Origin: an uncultured bacterium
Lineage (GTDB): Bacteria > Verrucomicrobiota > Verrucomicrobiia > Limisphaerales > UBA8199
DNA length: 64,000 nucleotides
Reading direction: 5' to 3'
Assembly (NCBI GenBank): GCA_963749495.1
Contig: CAVVMW010000012.1
Location: 540,518 to 604,517 of the forward strand
Shown one piece after another: positions 41,346 through 52,328 of the stretch. Under the pieces are notes generated by a model, which saw only the letters and a list, made by a program, of their open reading frames with translations, ran no database searches and had not been told where the DNA came from. Numbering within the stretch: the first letter of the stretch is position 1; each line of letters opens with the position of its first letter. The position numbers and the translations under genes are program-made.

Positions 41346-43185
41346 TCAATGGTCCAGTGGTCCGGCCTTCCCCGCCGGCAGCGCCAGTACCGCAGCCAGT
41401 TTCGCCGCTGCGCGGTGCCAGGTCCATTGCTGTCGAGCCCGATGAGCAGCGGCCTGCCCTAACCGGTGAGCCTCGTCTTGGTGCCCGTAGACGTGCCGCA
41501 TGAGGTGGACCATGTGGTCCATAACTGGCTCGACGTGGTAGCGGAGTATCGTCCCGTCCCGCCCCCTCTCGGGAGTCGGGTCCGAATGCCGAAGGGTGTA
41601 CCAGGACCGAGGGGGAGAGGAAGTCGGCCGGACCGCTCCAGGCGGTGGCGATGACCGGCAATCCGCAGGCCATCGCCTCGAGTATCGTCATACCGAACCC
41701 CTCTGCGCGCAAGGGAAACAGGTAACACTCGGCGGCAGTATAGACCCCACCCCGGCGATTGAGCGGCACATCCGACTCCAGCAGGAGGATCTCTGGTGCG
41801 TAAGGTTGGGTGAGTGCTTCCTTCACCAATCCCTCGAGTCTTCCGAAGGTGGCGCTGCGCTCCCTGGGGTCCAGGATTCGGGGAACTCTGAGAATGAGGG
41901 CCACATCATCGCGGCTGGAGAAGGCGCGGCAGAAGGCATTGATCGAGAGATCAAATCCCTTTTCGTAGACCCAGGGAAAACTGGTTTGGAGGAATTTGAA
42001 CCGCTTGCCCGTCGGATATGGGAGGGCGGATGCGGTCGGGGAATAGATCGACGGGTCTATGCCATGGGGGACTACGACGCCCCGGGTCGAGTCTAGACCC
42101 GCGTCGAGGTATGACTGAAGCACGTGCCAGGAGGGCGCCAGCACCTTCTCGAAGGTGCTCGCCAAGTTGCGCACACCACCGGCCGTCACTATGTGATTGC
42201 CGGTTGTGTACAGCACCTCGCGTGGACCCAAGCTGTGAAACACACCAAAGCGCGTAAATGCTGACGCGTGCTTAAGCATGGAGAAGTGTACGGTAACGGA
42301 GTGCTCGGGATCGTACCCATGGCGGAAGCGCCCCGCGATCCGCTCATACTTTTCCGGGGCCCCGGCGCGGAACAGGTCCTCCTCGCGATGGATGAAGCCT
42401 TTGGAAAGACACGCGTGCTCGTCCTGAGGTATTGTTGGTACCCCCAGTTCGATCAGGGCGTTGGTCAGCTCGAACATGACATAGGCCAGACTGGCGTTGC
42501 AGAATAATTGCTGCCGCATGACTACATGGACTGGGGCCGGCCGTTCCGTCGTCCTCAAGAGAGACGCACCGTTTCGCTGCTCGGTCAGATTGGCTGCCGG
42601 CGATTGCGCATACAGTCCATGCACATTCTCCATGGCTGCGGCCTCATTGATGATTTCCTCCAACCGCCGTAACACGGCAGTCGGCTCATCACCGTCCGAC
42701 ACGGCCTTGTCGAGGCCGCGCAGATGCGGTAGGAATCGTGTATTGGGGGCTGCGGGACCAGTGCCGTTCCGGCCCGACAGGAAAAGATGCCGGCAGGGTG
42801 CCGGTGTTCCCATGGCGTTGCCCCCAGCTTCTTCTTGGGAGTCGGCGGGATTAGCGCGTTGAAGCCACGCGACGGCACTTCCTTCCAGGTATTCAAAAGC
42901 CGCCGGGAACGCCGCGCGCGGCAGGTTGGACAGGATCACGTGCGGACGCTGTTGGTTCAGCAGCGTACGCAGGAAGCCCGCGGTTTCCATGCATTCGGCA
43001 GGGACAGGAAAGACCCGGATGTCGTTCCAGAGGTGAGGTGGCCGCAACGAGCGGAGCGCAAACCACAGCGGGATCACCAGGCCAGATCGGGCCATCGCTC
43101 TCAACAGCACCCGCGTCTCGCGGGCCGAGTAGGAGTCGGCGTCTTCCGCGTCCGCCAGCCAAGCCAGTCGTAGTTTCATTGGCAT
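41346..43185 (-). CDS. Glycosyltransferase family 4, frameshifted near 41612
   Basis: VVPHGID, EKGFD, EGFGMTILEAMACGLPV; after a G5 run the GT-like tail (HLMRHVY...QQWTWHRAA) continues in another frame to TGA 41346. Confidence 0.8.
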
Positions 43186-43290
43186 CACCTGATCTCTCTT
43201 AAGCTGGCGCCCCAGCACAGCTTCTCCAGCATTGTCCATCCGTCCCCCGCTCCCGCGCTCCGAGCTGCCACGCTCTTACACTCGGATGAT

Positions 43291-44524
43291 CTAACGTCCC
43301 AACTCCCCGTCCCTTTTGACCAACTCGCGCAAGATGTTCGGGTGCCTGGAGCGGAGATAATCATGGACCCGAAGGACCTGCTCGTGGACAATACGGATTA
43401 CCTGGCAGGTACTCCCGCCCTGGATTGTATAGGGTGCCCGTCGAGTCCACGCACTCAGCATAGCACCAACTGCGGCAGGTGAGGGCCGCCGGGCAGCTTG
43501 AGCAGCCGGCGTCGCTATCCTCAAGGACGTTGTAGTCTAGAAAGACAGAGCGCAGCCGGTCATTGAACGGGCCGCCAAGTTTGCCAAAGCGAAACTGGCC
43601 TCCGCACTGGTGCGGTCCGAACCGGTGGCACGGCCACAGGTCCCCTGAGGGTTCAACCAGAATGACCCCGCGGCCGGCTTCGCAGGGAAACCTGGAGGTC
43701 GTCTCGACCGAATGGATCGCCCTCAGCCCGTTGTGGAGATCGTCGATGCTCCCGCGCTTGCCCGAGACGAGGGCGTCAATGTAGAACTCTGCCAGTTTCT
43801 CATATTGGGAGCGGAGAGCCTTAAAGTCATCCTCCTTCCAGTGGCAGTTGACGGCTGCCTTGAACGTCATTGTCCGAAAGCCAAGGCCAGCAAGGTACTT
43901 TGCGCTTTCGTGGAGCGAGCGCACCGATTTGGGCGAGATGGTTGCCCGGGCCATCACATCCGGGCGGTAGGCCAGGATCTTTGGGACATTCCTCTCAACT
44001 GCGTCCGAGCTGGGTCCTCCGCCCAGGAACGGCCGGTTGGCGTTCTGCACCTCAGGGATGCCGTCAATCGAGCAATGAAAACCCATGCCGAACCGGCGCC
44101 AGAAGCTCATCATCTCATCCGTCAGGTGCGTGCAGTTGGTCGTGCAGCCAAAGTGCAGGCTCTTCCCAAGTTGCCGGGCGCGGCATTTGCCGTAGGGAAC
44201 GATCTTCCTGATGAGGTCAAAACGGAGCAGGGGCTCGCCGCCCATGAAGTTCACCTTCAGTTCGCCCCTGAATGCCCCGCCGGCCTCCAGCAGCCAGTCA
44301 ATGGCGTTCTTGGCCGTGGCCTCGTCCATGTGGACCGGCTTCTTCTGCCACTTGAAGCAGTAAATGCACGCCAGGTTGCAGGCCTCTGTCACATCAAGAT
44401 CAATGTTGTGAACCGTACGAACCGCGGGGATGCTGCCATAGACGCGCGTCCAAGGCAGGCTCAAGCAGGGCGCGGAGGGGGCGAGGGAGGGTTCGGGGAC
44501 CGGGGGAGCAAGAGAGGCACTCAT
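43291..44524 (-). CDS. Radical SAM/SPASM domain peptide maturase-like protein (late frameshift near 43405)
   Basis: CNLACIYC, FMGGEPLL, SIDG; SPASM CEAG...GDLWPCHRF...CSSCPAALTCRSWCYAEC; the last Cys and tail (CQVIRIVHEQ...) are in the shifted frame. Confidence 0.9.
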
Positions 44525-44537
44525 TGGACGTTCCGGA

Positions 44538-46145
44538 CTAATGGATTTCGGGTTGAGCGCAGAGAAAGGAAGCGGGTCTGAGCATTCCGACTGGTTCGAA
44601 ATGGATGCCATCTTCGCGCAGGCTGACGCGCTCCCGCCCCGGCCGAGGCTGAGAGTTGGCGGCGGCCTCGGCTGAACCCCACAGGATTTCCTCGAAGAGC
44701 CGTTTCCTCGGCGCGCAGTAAAGATCGAAGAGTTGCCCCAATGCTCCACCGCCATGGCCTCCCGCCGCTTCTTCCGCACCACGGCCTCTGGCTTCCGGCC
44801 TCTGTCCTCCGTCCCCTGCCTCCTCCAGCAGGAGAACCGACGCATCCGCTCCCCCGCATCGGTAGCGCCAATCGCAGTGCTGGCACTGGCTAGGCTTCAG
44901 CGAATACGAGGAGAGTTCGGCCATCGCGTCCATCCGCTCCCACCGGAAGTCTCTCGGACCCTGCAAGACGTTGCCCAAGCGCCAGTGTTGCACACCAACC
45001 ACCTGTTCTCCAGCGTACACGTTGCCATTGGGCAGCACGGCGACCTCGGCGCCCGCAGCCGCAGGCGAACTGACCAATGGTTGCCGCGAGTCCACCCGGG
45101 CAGCCACCCATGAGAGGGGCGAAATAAGCCGCAACGGCATCATCCGGTTGCGATAGATCGCCACCAGCGCCTCGACGTACTCCTCGACTGGCGGGTTAAG
45201 ATGCTCGAGATTGCGACGCCGGCCTCCTGCCGCTTCTCTTTCCCGATCCGAAGTGGAGGGGGCCGGAGTGAGGGGGCTCTCGCCACGTGCATCCGGAATA
45301 TCCAGCCGTATTGTATCGTTCGCCAGGGCCATCAAGATACCTGCCGGCACCAGTTCGATGCTGCCGCCGCGCGTGGCTTCCAAAAGGGACTGGACCAAAT
45401 CCGGCAAGACCTTTACGTTCATCACCGAGACCGGGAGCACAACTCGCGTCCATAAGCCCTGGTTGCTGATCTCCCGGAGGTTCTTGAACGCGGCACTCTG
45501 CCGGCCGAAATCCTGAAACTGAGCCATGTCCCGGCAGCCCAGTAGGTCGGCCCCCATCCACGCGATGCGCAAGCGCGGATGATCATAGACATACTCCCAC
45601 AGATCCGGATCCACGCTGCGCAGGTCCGAAAACAGCGTCATTGCGCCGCCTAGCCGCCGGGCTTGGTAAAGGTGGGCCGAGACCTCACTTATGACCTCGG
45701 CGCCCGCGGACCAATCAGCCAGCAATTCCCACCCCTTGAAATCGACATCGATGGCGCGACCCCATTGGGCTGTGTGAGCCACCATCTCCAAGGCAGCACT
45801 GAGGACATCCCTAGCGCAGGCGCCCAGGAACGTGACGTGTCAACAATTGCGCCTAAACTCCTCTAGCTGCCGAACTTCGTCGCTGCCCAAAAGGAAGCCG
45901 ATGCGCGCAGGTCGCAGCCGGTCGTCCCGAACCTTGTCAGCCAAAGCGTTCAGGAAGCGTTCACGGGTTTCGGCTTGTCCCAGCGTCGCATCTGTCACCT
46001 TAGCTAAGCCCAACTGGGATGAAAGGCCCTGGAGGTCAGGCCAATAACCGACAACGAAAGGGTGCCGCACCGTTAGAACAAGACAACGACCCTCTCGCAA
46101 CCGCAGAGCAACATTGTCAAAGGGAATCCCGTGCGTGCCATTCAT
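44538..46145 (-). CDS. SPASM-like protein lacking the radical SAM CxxxCxxC motif; one in-frame TGA at 45840-45842
   Basis: ORFs 45840-46145 and 44538-45791 share a frame; C-terminal VLPNGNVY...LGNV...CQHCDWRYRCGG...YC. Confidence 0.65.
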
Positions 46146-46336
46146 TGAGTTTACCTATAGTTGCGGTCAGGTCATATTCGAATTGCGCTTGAGCTCGCTA
46201 CGGCCAACCTCACAGCGGACAGAGCGGTCGCTATCCCGTCCCGCAGTCTGGCTGTTACTAAGCAATCGCCGGCCCTGGAGTCATACCAGAGCACCACGTT
46301 TGCGTTCGGCGCTGCTGCCACTACTGCAAAGCGCGG

Positions 46337-47251
46337 CTAAGGTTCGTGAGGCTGGTTGTCGCAATACCAAAGCCTTCTCACTTGAGGTTGACGATAGTCG
46401 AACAACCGCCCGACGGCCAGGCCTTCGACATGCCCGTCACAAAAAAGTACGTTGAATCGTCCACCGTGACGCCGTTTGATGAGCGGCAGGTCATTCACGA
46501 GCGTCGAATTCAGGTACGGACCCGACACCAACCCCAGCATCAACTGGACGCCGCCAACACCGTTCGCAATGTCTGGATTGAGTTCGTAATTTCCCGTCGT
46601 CCATCGCTGGGACGACGGCGTGGGAATTTGGCTGGCCGCATTGACGCTAAGAAGGGCGTCACCGATGGCGATCATTCCGCTGGGACTGACTACATCGCTC
46701 TCCTTGACACGCGGATCGGGCGAAACACAGCGCTCCATGTGAAGCAGACCCACACCCGGGCCACGGACCAAACCAGTCTCATCCCCGTTGTACCCATAAC
46801 TTCCAGCGACGAAATCCTCCTCGAACAGGCCGTAGAAGGGATGTGGCAGCCGTGCATATCCCGGGCATACTGCCACCCCGCGGTCGGGAACAAAGCAGCT
46901 ATTGGTCGGGTCCTATTGTGGCCATTTCACCCCGACATAGGGTTGCAGGCGCAAATACCAGAACAGCCCGTCGCCAGGACCCGTGAAGCCCTGCTCCAGC
47001 ACGTCGGTCGGGTAGCACTTCCAGTCCTCCACGTACGTCCGCAACCCCAGGCCCCACTGGCGGAGGTTGCTCTTGCACAGGGCCGAGTCTGCCGCCGCTC
47101 TGGCCCTGCTCAACGCCGCCAGGAGGATGGCGGCCAGAACGGCGATGACCGAGATCACCACCAGTAACTCGATCAGAGTGAAGCCCACGCCCTGCACCGC
47201 TGCTCGCCGATTCGTGGAGGCCGCATTGACGGTTCTCCATTTGCCGAACAT
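46337..47251 (-). CDS. Prepilin-type N-methylation / H-X9-DG domain protein; one in-frame TAG at 46913-46915
   Basis: [22 protein letters not shown]...CKSNLRQ; C-terminal RHGGRFNVLFCDGHVE; both halves share a frame. Confidence 0.85.
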
Positions 47252-47276
47252 TCTCGTGAGACCAATCGTCGGACGT

Positions 47277-48102
47277 TCACTCCGGGGGACACTTGTCATA
47301 ACGCGTGCAGGGCACATCCAATAGGCCACACTTATTGGTTACTGGGCCACATGCGTTGTAACCGCATGTATCCGTGCCGCAAGTGTCGCTATCGTAGCAC
47401 CAGTTGCTGGTGCTGCACGAGTTCGAAGCAGTGCAACTATTGGCATCGCTGCAAGTATTATTGATGTGACATTGGTTCACATAACACAGATCCCCATTGC
47501 AGACGTTGGTCCCGCAAGAGTCATTGCCTGATGGTGAATTACAGCCGTCATCACTGTTGCAGTTGTTGTACCTTAGGACAACTGTTCACCGCCGCCCAGG
47601 CGTTACATCCGTCCGAATACTCACAGTAGTTGGTCGTGCTGCACTCATTGGTGCTGCCTGCGCATGAATCGTCAGTATGGCATAGGTTGACGGATCCGCA
47701 GGAATTGTTCGACGCACAGGTGTCCGTGGCGCAGGTGTTGCTGCCGTAGCATTGATCGGACCCACAGGTGTCCGTGGTGCAGGTGTTGCTGCCGAAGCAT
47801 TGATTGGAGCCGGTGCAGTTATCGCTGATGCAAGAGTTGGTCGTCGAGCATGCGTCACTGCTGATGCACGAATCGGTGCCGCACGAGTCGCTGCCGCAAC
47901 TGTCCGAGTTGTTGCACGAGTTGGACTGGTTGTCGCATTTCCAGCAAACACCCGCCATCGTTCGGGTGGGCATCGTGACGGCTCCGATAAGAAGACCGCC
48001 GCCGATGACGGTTTTCGTTATCTGTTGCAGAAAATCCCTCCTCGTTTGCTGGGCTGGCCTTTCGGTACCTGTGGCTGTGATTCCCTCTGGTCCGCTTGTC
48101 AT
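47277..48102 (-). CDS. Tat-signal Cys-rich [D/N]-x-C repeat protein (~274 aa after repairing one extra base near 47572); candidate radical SAM substrate
   Basis: AAGAGG RBS; TRRDFL plus a hydrophobic stretch; 38 Cys, 35 with D/N at -2; the repeat pattern continues across the frameshift into ORF 47277-47480. Confidence 0.85.
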
Positions 48103-48261
48103 ATTCGCCTCTTATTGGTTGTTTGTTCTGCCGGGGTGTTGGAGAGGATCGCCTTTCCAGTTTGGCTCTCAAAATATCCCGGCTGCTGTGTTGTTCTTAT
48201 CACGCGTGGGCGAAGCTGCAAAGGGTACACAAATGTGTCCGGGGGGTACATAAACATGTCC

Positions 48262-50272
48262 TCACCACGCCCACCCTCGGTAGAAGCGCTGACTATAATT
48301 CATCGCGGTAGAATCTATGATCCGGGAGACGGAGTTAGTGTTCGGAAATTCCGTGAGCAGCATCCAATCCCGGAGGTTGGTCGAGGTCTGAATCGTGCAA
48401 GTGCTCTCCGAAGGCCCATTGGCGGAGAGGACAATGGTTTTGTCCGGCAAGGCGCCGACTACACGGAGGGTGAACGGGTAAAAGGGCCTTTGCCCGGACT
48501 GGAGGATCGTTCCGGCCAAGCCAACCGCCAGAAACGTCCCTTGCCCATAAGTTACGCTGCACAGATTGTTCCCTGTTGCGAGATCACGGCTCGCCCAATC
48601 GAGTCCGTTAGTCGAGGTGAGCACCACACCGAGCGCCCCGACAGCGGCGAACATCCCGTGGCCAAAGGCAACGCTGCAGAGATTGGCCCCCGTCACCGTG
48701 TGGGCGGGAGACCAGATGATCCCATCGGCCGAGGCCAGGATGGTGCTGTTGCCCACGGCGACAAACCGGCCGCCGCCAAAGGCAAGACCCCGGACCGCAT
48801 TGGTCAATCCAGAGTCGTTGACGGTCCACAAGACGCCATCACTGGAAGTGAGCACTGCGCCGGCATCCCCTCCGGCCAAAAAGATGCCATTGCCCCAGGC
48901 AACGCTGTAGAGGTAGCCTCTGTATCCCGCCGAATCGCCCCGACTCCAATCCACTGCATTCGTCGAGCTCAGGATGGCGCCGCCGTCGGTGACGAGAACG
49001 AATTGGCCCGCGGCGTAGGTCATGCCGATGAAGGGACAATTGATGGGCCGTGAGCCCGGAAGAACGGTACCTCCAACTGAGGCTGTCGGACGACGTGACG
49101 ATCGCGCCTAAACCATCCGCAGCAACAAAGCGGCCATTCCCATAAGCCATGCCCGCAATGGTGCCCTCGCTGGCCATCCCAGCCCCCCAATGAACCCCAT
49201 CGGGTGAAACCACAATGCGGCCCGAGCTCCCCCCGCCACGAACAGGCCGTCGCCGTAGGCGGTAGCGAACAAGTCGTCAATCGTGACGCTCGAATCCAGG
49301 TTGCGCCAGGCACTCAAGTTGGTGGAAACCAGGAGCGCACCATCGCCGACAACTACCCACGTGCCATCGCCATAGGCCGAGCCTCGTAGCGTATTGCCGG
49401 TCCCTAACGCACGAAAGGTCCATTTCGAACCGTCCGGCAACGTGGCAATGAGGCCGCTGTCTCCAACGGCCACAAACGCATTGGCGGCATAACTGATGCT
49501 GGCCGCATCCATGTATTGCGATGGAGGCCAGGAGTTGGTCCAGGTGTAGCCGTCGCCAGAGGTGCAAACCTCCACGTTGCCAACCGCTACGAAGGTGCCG
49601 TGTCCGTAAGCGACACTGAGAAAGAACGGACAGTTGGCGAATTTCTGGTGTGTCCAGTCAATGGCATTCGTCAATGAAGTCACGTCGCAAGCCGAACACG
49701 CCACGTAGGCGCCGTTCCCATAGGCTACCGTGGACAACTCTTCGGATGTCATCAACTGTTGAGCCGTCCAGTTTGTGCCGTCCGGAGACGTGAGGATTGC
49801 ACCAAAACCTCCAAGGGCTGGGTCAAACCCGTAACCGACAGCTAGGAACTGGCCACCTCCCCAGGTGACTGCATCCAGGAGCCCCACGACGTCTGGGCAC
49901 GGCACCTCGCCCCAGGTGGCGCCGTCCTGGGACGCAAGGATGACCCCGTAAAGGCCGGAGGAAGTCTGGCCATTGCCCACGGCTACGAAAGTCCCGTTTC
50001 CGCAGGCAACGCCACTGAGGGTATAATAGATGGTGCCCTCAGGGATCGAGCCGGTTGGCTGTTCTTGCCAGGTCCAACCGTCGAGCGAGGTGGCAGCGAC
50101 ACCCCCCAACCCCACGGCCACGAACCGGCCATTGCCATAGGTGACGGCGTTAAGAATGTTGCCCGTAGGCAGCGGGTTGCGCCATTGCCACTGGTCCAGC
50201 GAGTCTGCCCCAGGGCAGCTCACCTGGAGAGCGAGCGACAAACCGAAGAACAGCCAGTGAATTCTTCTTCAT
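48262..50272 (-). CDS. Secreted beta-propeller repeat protein (BNR/Ycf48-like) with verrucomicrobial C-terminal tail; at least 3 frameshifts
   Basis: Repeats LxxVxYGxGxFVAVG...S.DG..W across ORFs 49108-50241, 48839-49213 and 48262-49023; ends QTSTNLRDW...QRFYR. Confidence 0.8.
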
Positions 50273-50974
50273 ATTATAGGTGTCCGGTTTTGAAAGTACC
50301 AGCTGCAACATTTCAGAACCCCGGGGCCAAATCATGAATAGCATATATTGTGCCGTTCTTGCTTTCTGAGAACCGTCTTCCTGTAGAACTTGTTCTTCGT
50401 GAGAACAAAACCCAAAGAACCAGGGCAATTTAGCCGAAAACCACTCGAAAGGAGATGGAATAGACGGACGCGAATACCGAGGGAGAATCCCGAATGCGCG
50501 TGCGGCACAAATCAACCAACGCGTGATGCTCACGCCTTTTGCGTGAAATTCACGCAGCCAACTCCGGAAGAGTCCGCCGCCGGGTGCGTCGGCGTCCTGG
50601 GACACCTCGGCTGTTGGAGGGCGCCTGCAGCCCTCCGAATTTGTCGTCATATCCAACCCTTGTTCTGGCTTCAACCGATGGCAGAACCCATAACGCGCAC
50701 ATGAGGTTCTGCTGATGATCGCATTTAACGGTTTTGTGGCCTCCTTGTCAAGTGTGCTTTTCGGCGTAGACCTCTAATGAAAGTCGTCCTCCGTGCTGCT
50801 GAAGGATCGAACCCGCGGGTAGGGGTCGAGAGCCACCCATTCCAGACCCTTCCGTAAGGGAGTGTTTTCGCGAGCCTTAAGGTTGGCCGATTCACGAAGC
50901 AGTTGCCCGGCGAGTGTGACGTCCGCGTCCTCTGCAAAGGTCCAGTTTAGGTGCGAGGTCAGCTCTCGCGGAGT

Positions 50975-51874
50975 TTAGCCAGTCCTGGCTGCTGGCCTCA
51001 GCCGGCGCCACCGGTACACTGCCTCGCCACGACTATGGACGCCGAGCTTGCGGAAAAGGCGTCGTTCGAGCTTATTCGTAAGCGCGTCGCTCATGTTTAG
51101 TTCGGACCGAACGCACTTCCACGGTAGCCCCTGCTCCAGCAGATGCAAAATGCGCTCCTCCCGCGTGGTCAATGCCTTGATGGGCGGACAGGTCCACAAT
51201 TCCTGCTGGTTGGCGCTCGGGACAGCGAGACGCGAGGCGAGCAGCCGCAGGATGTTGGGACATCCGTCCGATCCGGACGGGCTGACCAAGCATGCGTCAA
51301 TTCCGGCGCTGAAGGCGCGGGGGGCAAGGGCAGAGCAGGAAGGGGGAAGGATGAGGATCGTTTTGGACCCACAACGGTTTGAAGCAAGCCGGTGCGCGCA
51401 CTGGATGCCACAGATGTCGGGAACCGCGAGCGCCACCAGAACGATGTCCACGTCCAAGCTCGGAACCGTCCTCAACGCCTCCCCTGCCGTCATGAAGAAC
51501 CCGCAGCAGTAGAAGTCGCTCGAGGCGCTCAGAATCGTGGACATCATCTCCCGAACCCCCGGTTCGCTCTCCACCACGGCGACACCGATGGAACGGGGCG
51601 GCTTGCCCGAGGGACGTGCCGCAGATTGAGCCCGTGCGGATGAGAGGAGACACTTACCCGAGTCCCCCGCGGCAGGGGCCGGCGGACAGGCCGTGCAGCC
51701 GCGCCGAGCACAGAATTCAGGCACGCGGCCCCGTTCTCCCCCAACCCACGCGTCCAGGGAGCCGGGGTTTCCTCCAGCTTCGTGAACGTGTCTTGGCTGC
51801 TGAACATGCATGGCATTCACTTCGAGGCCCGTGCGTGATGTTGCCAATTGGCAACATTTCTTCGGCCGGTTCAC
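50975..51874 (-). CDS. NarL/LuxR-type response regulator with a degenerate receiver domain (start uncertain, probably near 51600)
   Basis: VAVVESE...DIVLVAL receiver lacking the phospho-Asp; LTTREERILHLL..G...KLGVHSRGEAV HTH. Confidence 0.75.
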   Translation of the reverse strand: MNRPKKCCQLATSRTGLEVNAMHVQQPRHVHEAGGNPGSLDAWVGGERGRVPEFCARRGCTACPPAPAAGDSGKCLLSSARAQSAARPSGKPPRSIGVAVVESEPGVREMMSTILSASSDFYCCGFFMTAGEALRTVPSLDVDIVLVALAVPDICGIQCAHRLASNRCGSKTILILPPSCSALAPRAFSAGIDACLVSPSGSDGCPNILRLLASRLAVPSANQQELWTCPPIKALTTREERILHLLEQGLPWKCVRSELNMSDALTNKLERRLFRKLGVHSRGEAVYRWRRLRPAARTG

Positions 51875-52328
51875 CCGACGCTCCGATGCCCAGGCACTGG
51901 ACAGGGACTTGCCGGGCGCCCCAGACTATTTCAAGAACCGGGTTGCGCCGAAACCCAACTTCACCTCGGCGCAACCCTTCGGGCTCCCCTATGGACCCCA
52001 TGAGGCCCTCACTATAACTACGGTTCGTGACGAGGCGATCTTTCAACTATTTTCAACTTCTCCGCTCTGCTTGAGCGGCTGCCTCCGGGAAGCGGCTTCG
52101 CCTTGAGGGCCAGGCTGGGCCCTGCGTTGGGCGCCACTAATGAAGCTTCCCAGCTCGATTGTTGCAGGCCAATCCCGATTCCGAATCGAGACCTCATAAA
52201 GCTCCCGGGCGATGAATCGCGCTTTCAGCGCTCCAAATGATTATTGGCGGCTGTTCTAAGGGCGGGGCCCTGGGCTGGTATAAACGACGCCTTTGGCGTC
52301 CAGAGCACGCGTTGCCCCGGCAATTTTA

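Noticed and set aside
43291..44524. Anaerobic sulfatase maturase or PqqE assignment
   Set aside because: No sulfatase or pqq genes nearby, and a Cys-rich candidate substrate lies in the same cluster. Not excluded without a phylogeny.
45800..45845. Selenocysteine recoding of the in-frame TGA (N-C-U-H context with a downstream hairpin)
   Set aside because: The hairpin loop (CCUG) lacks the early G typical of bacterial SECIS elements, and the neighbouring genes carry a TAG and several indels, so mutation or error is simpler. Homologs with Cys or Sec at this position would reopen it.
46913..46915. Pyrrolysine or stop-codon reassignment at the in-frame TAG
   Set aside because: TAG and TGA end many normal genes in this window and no pyl genes are present; a TGG-to-TAG change explains it.
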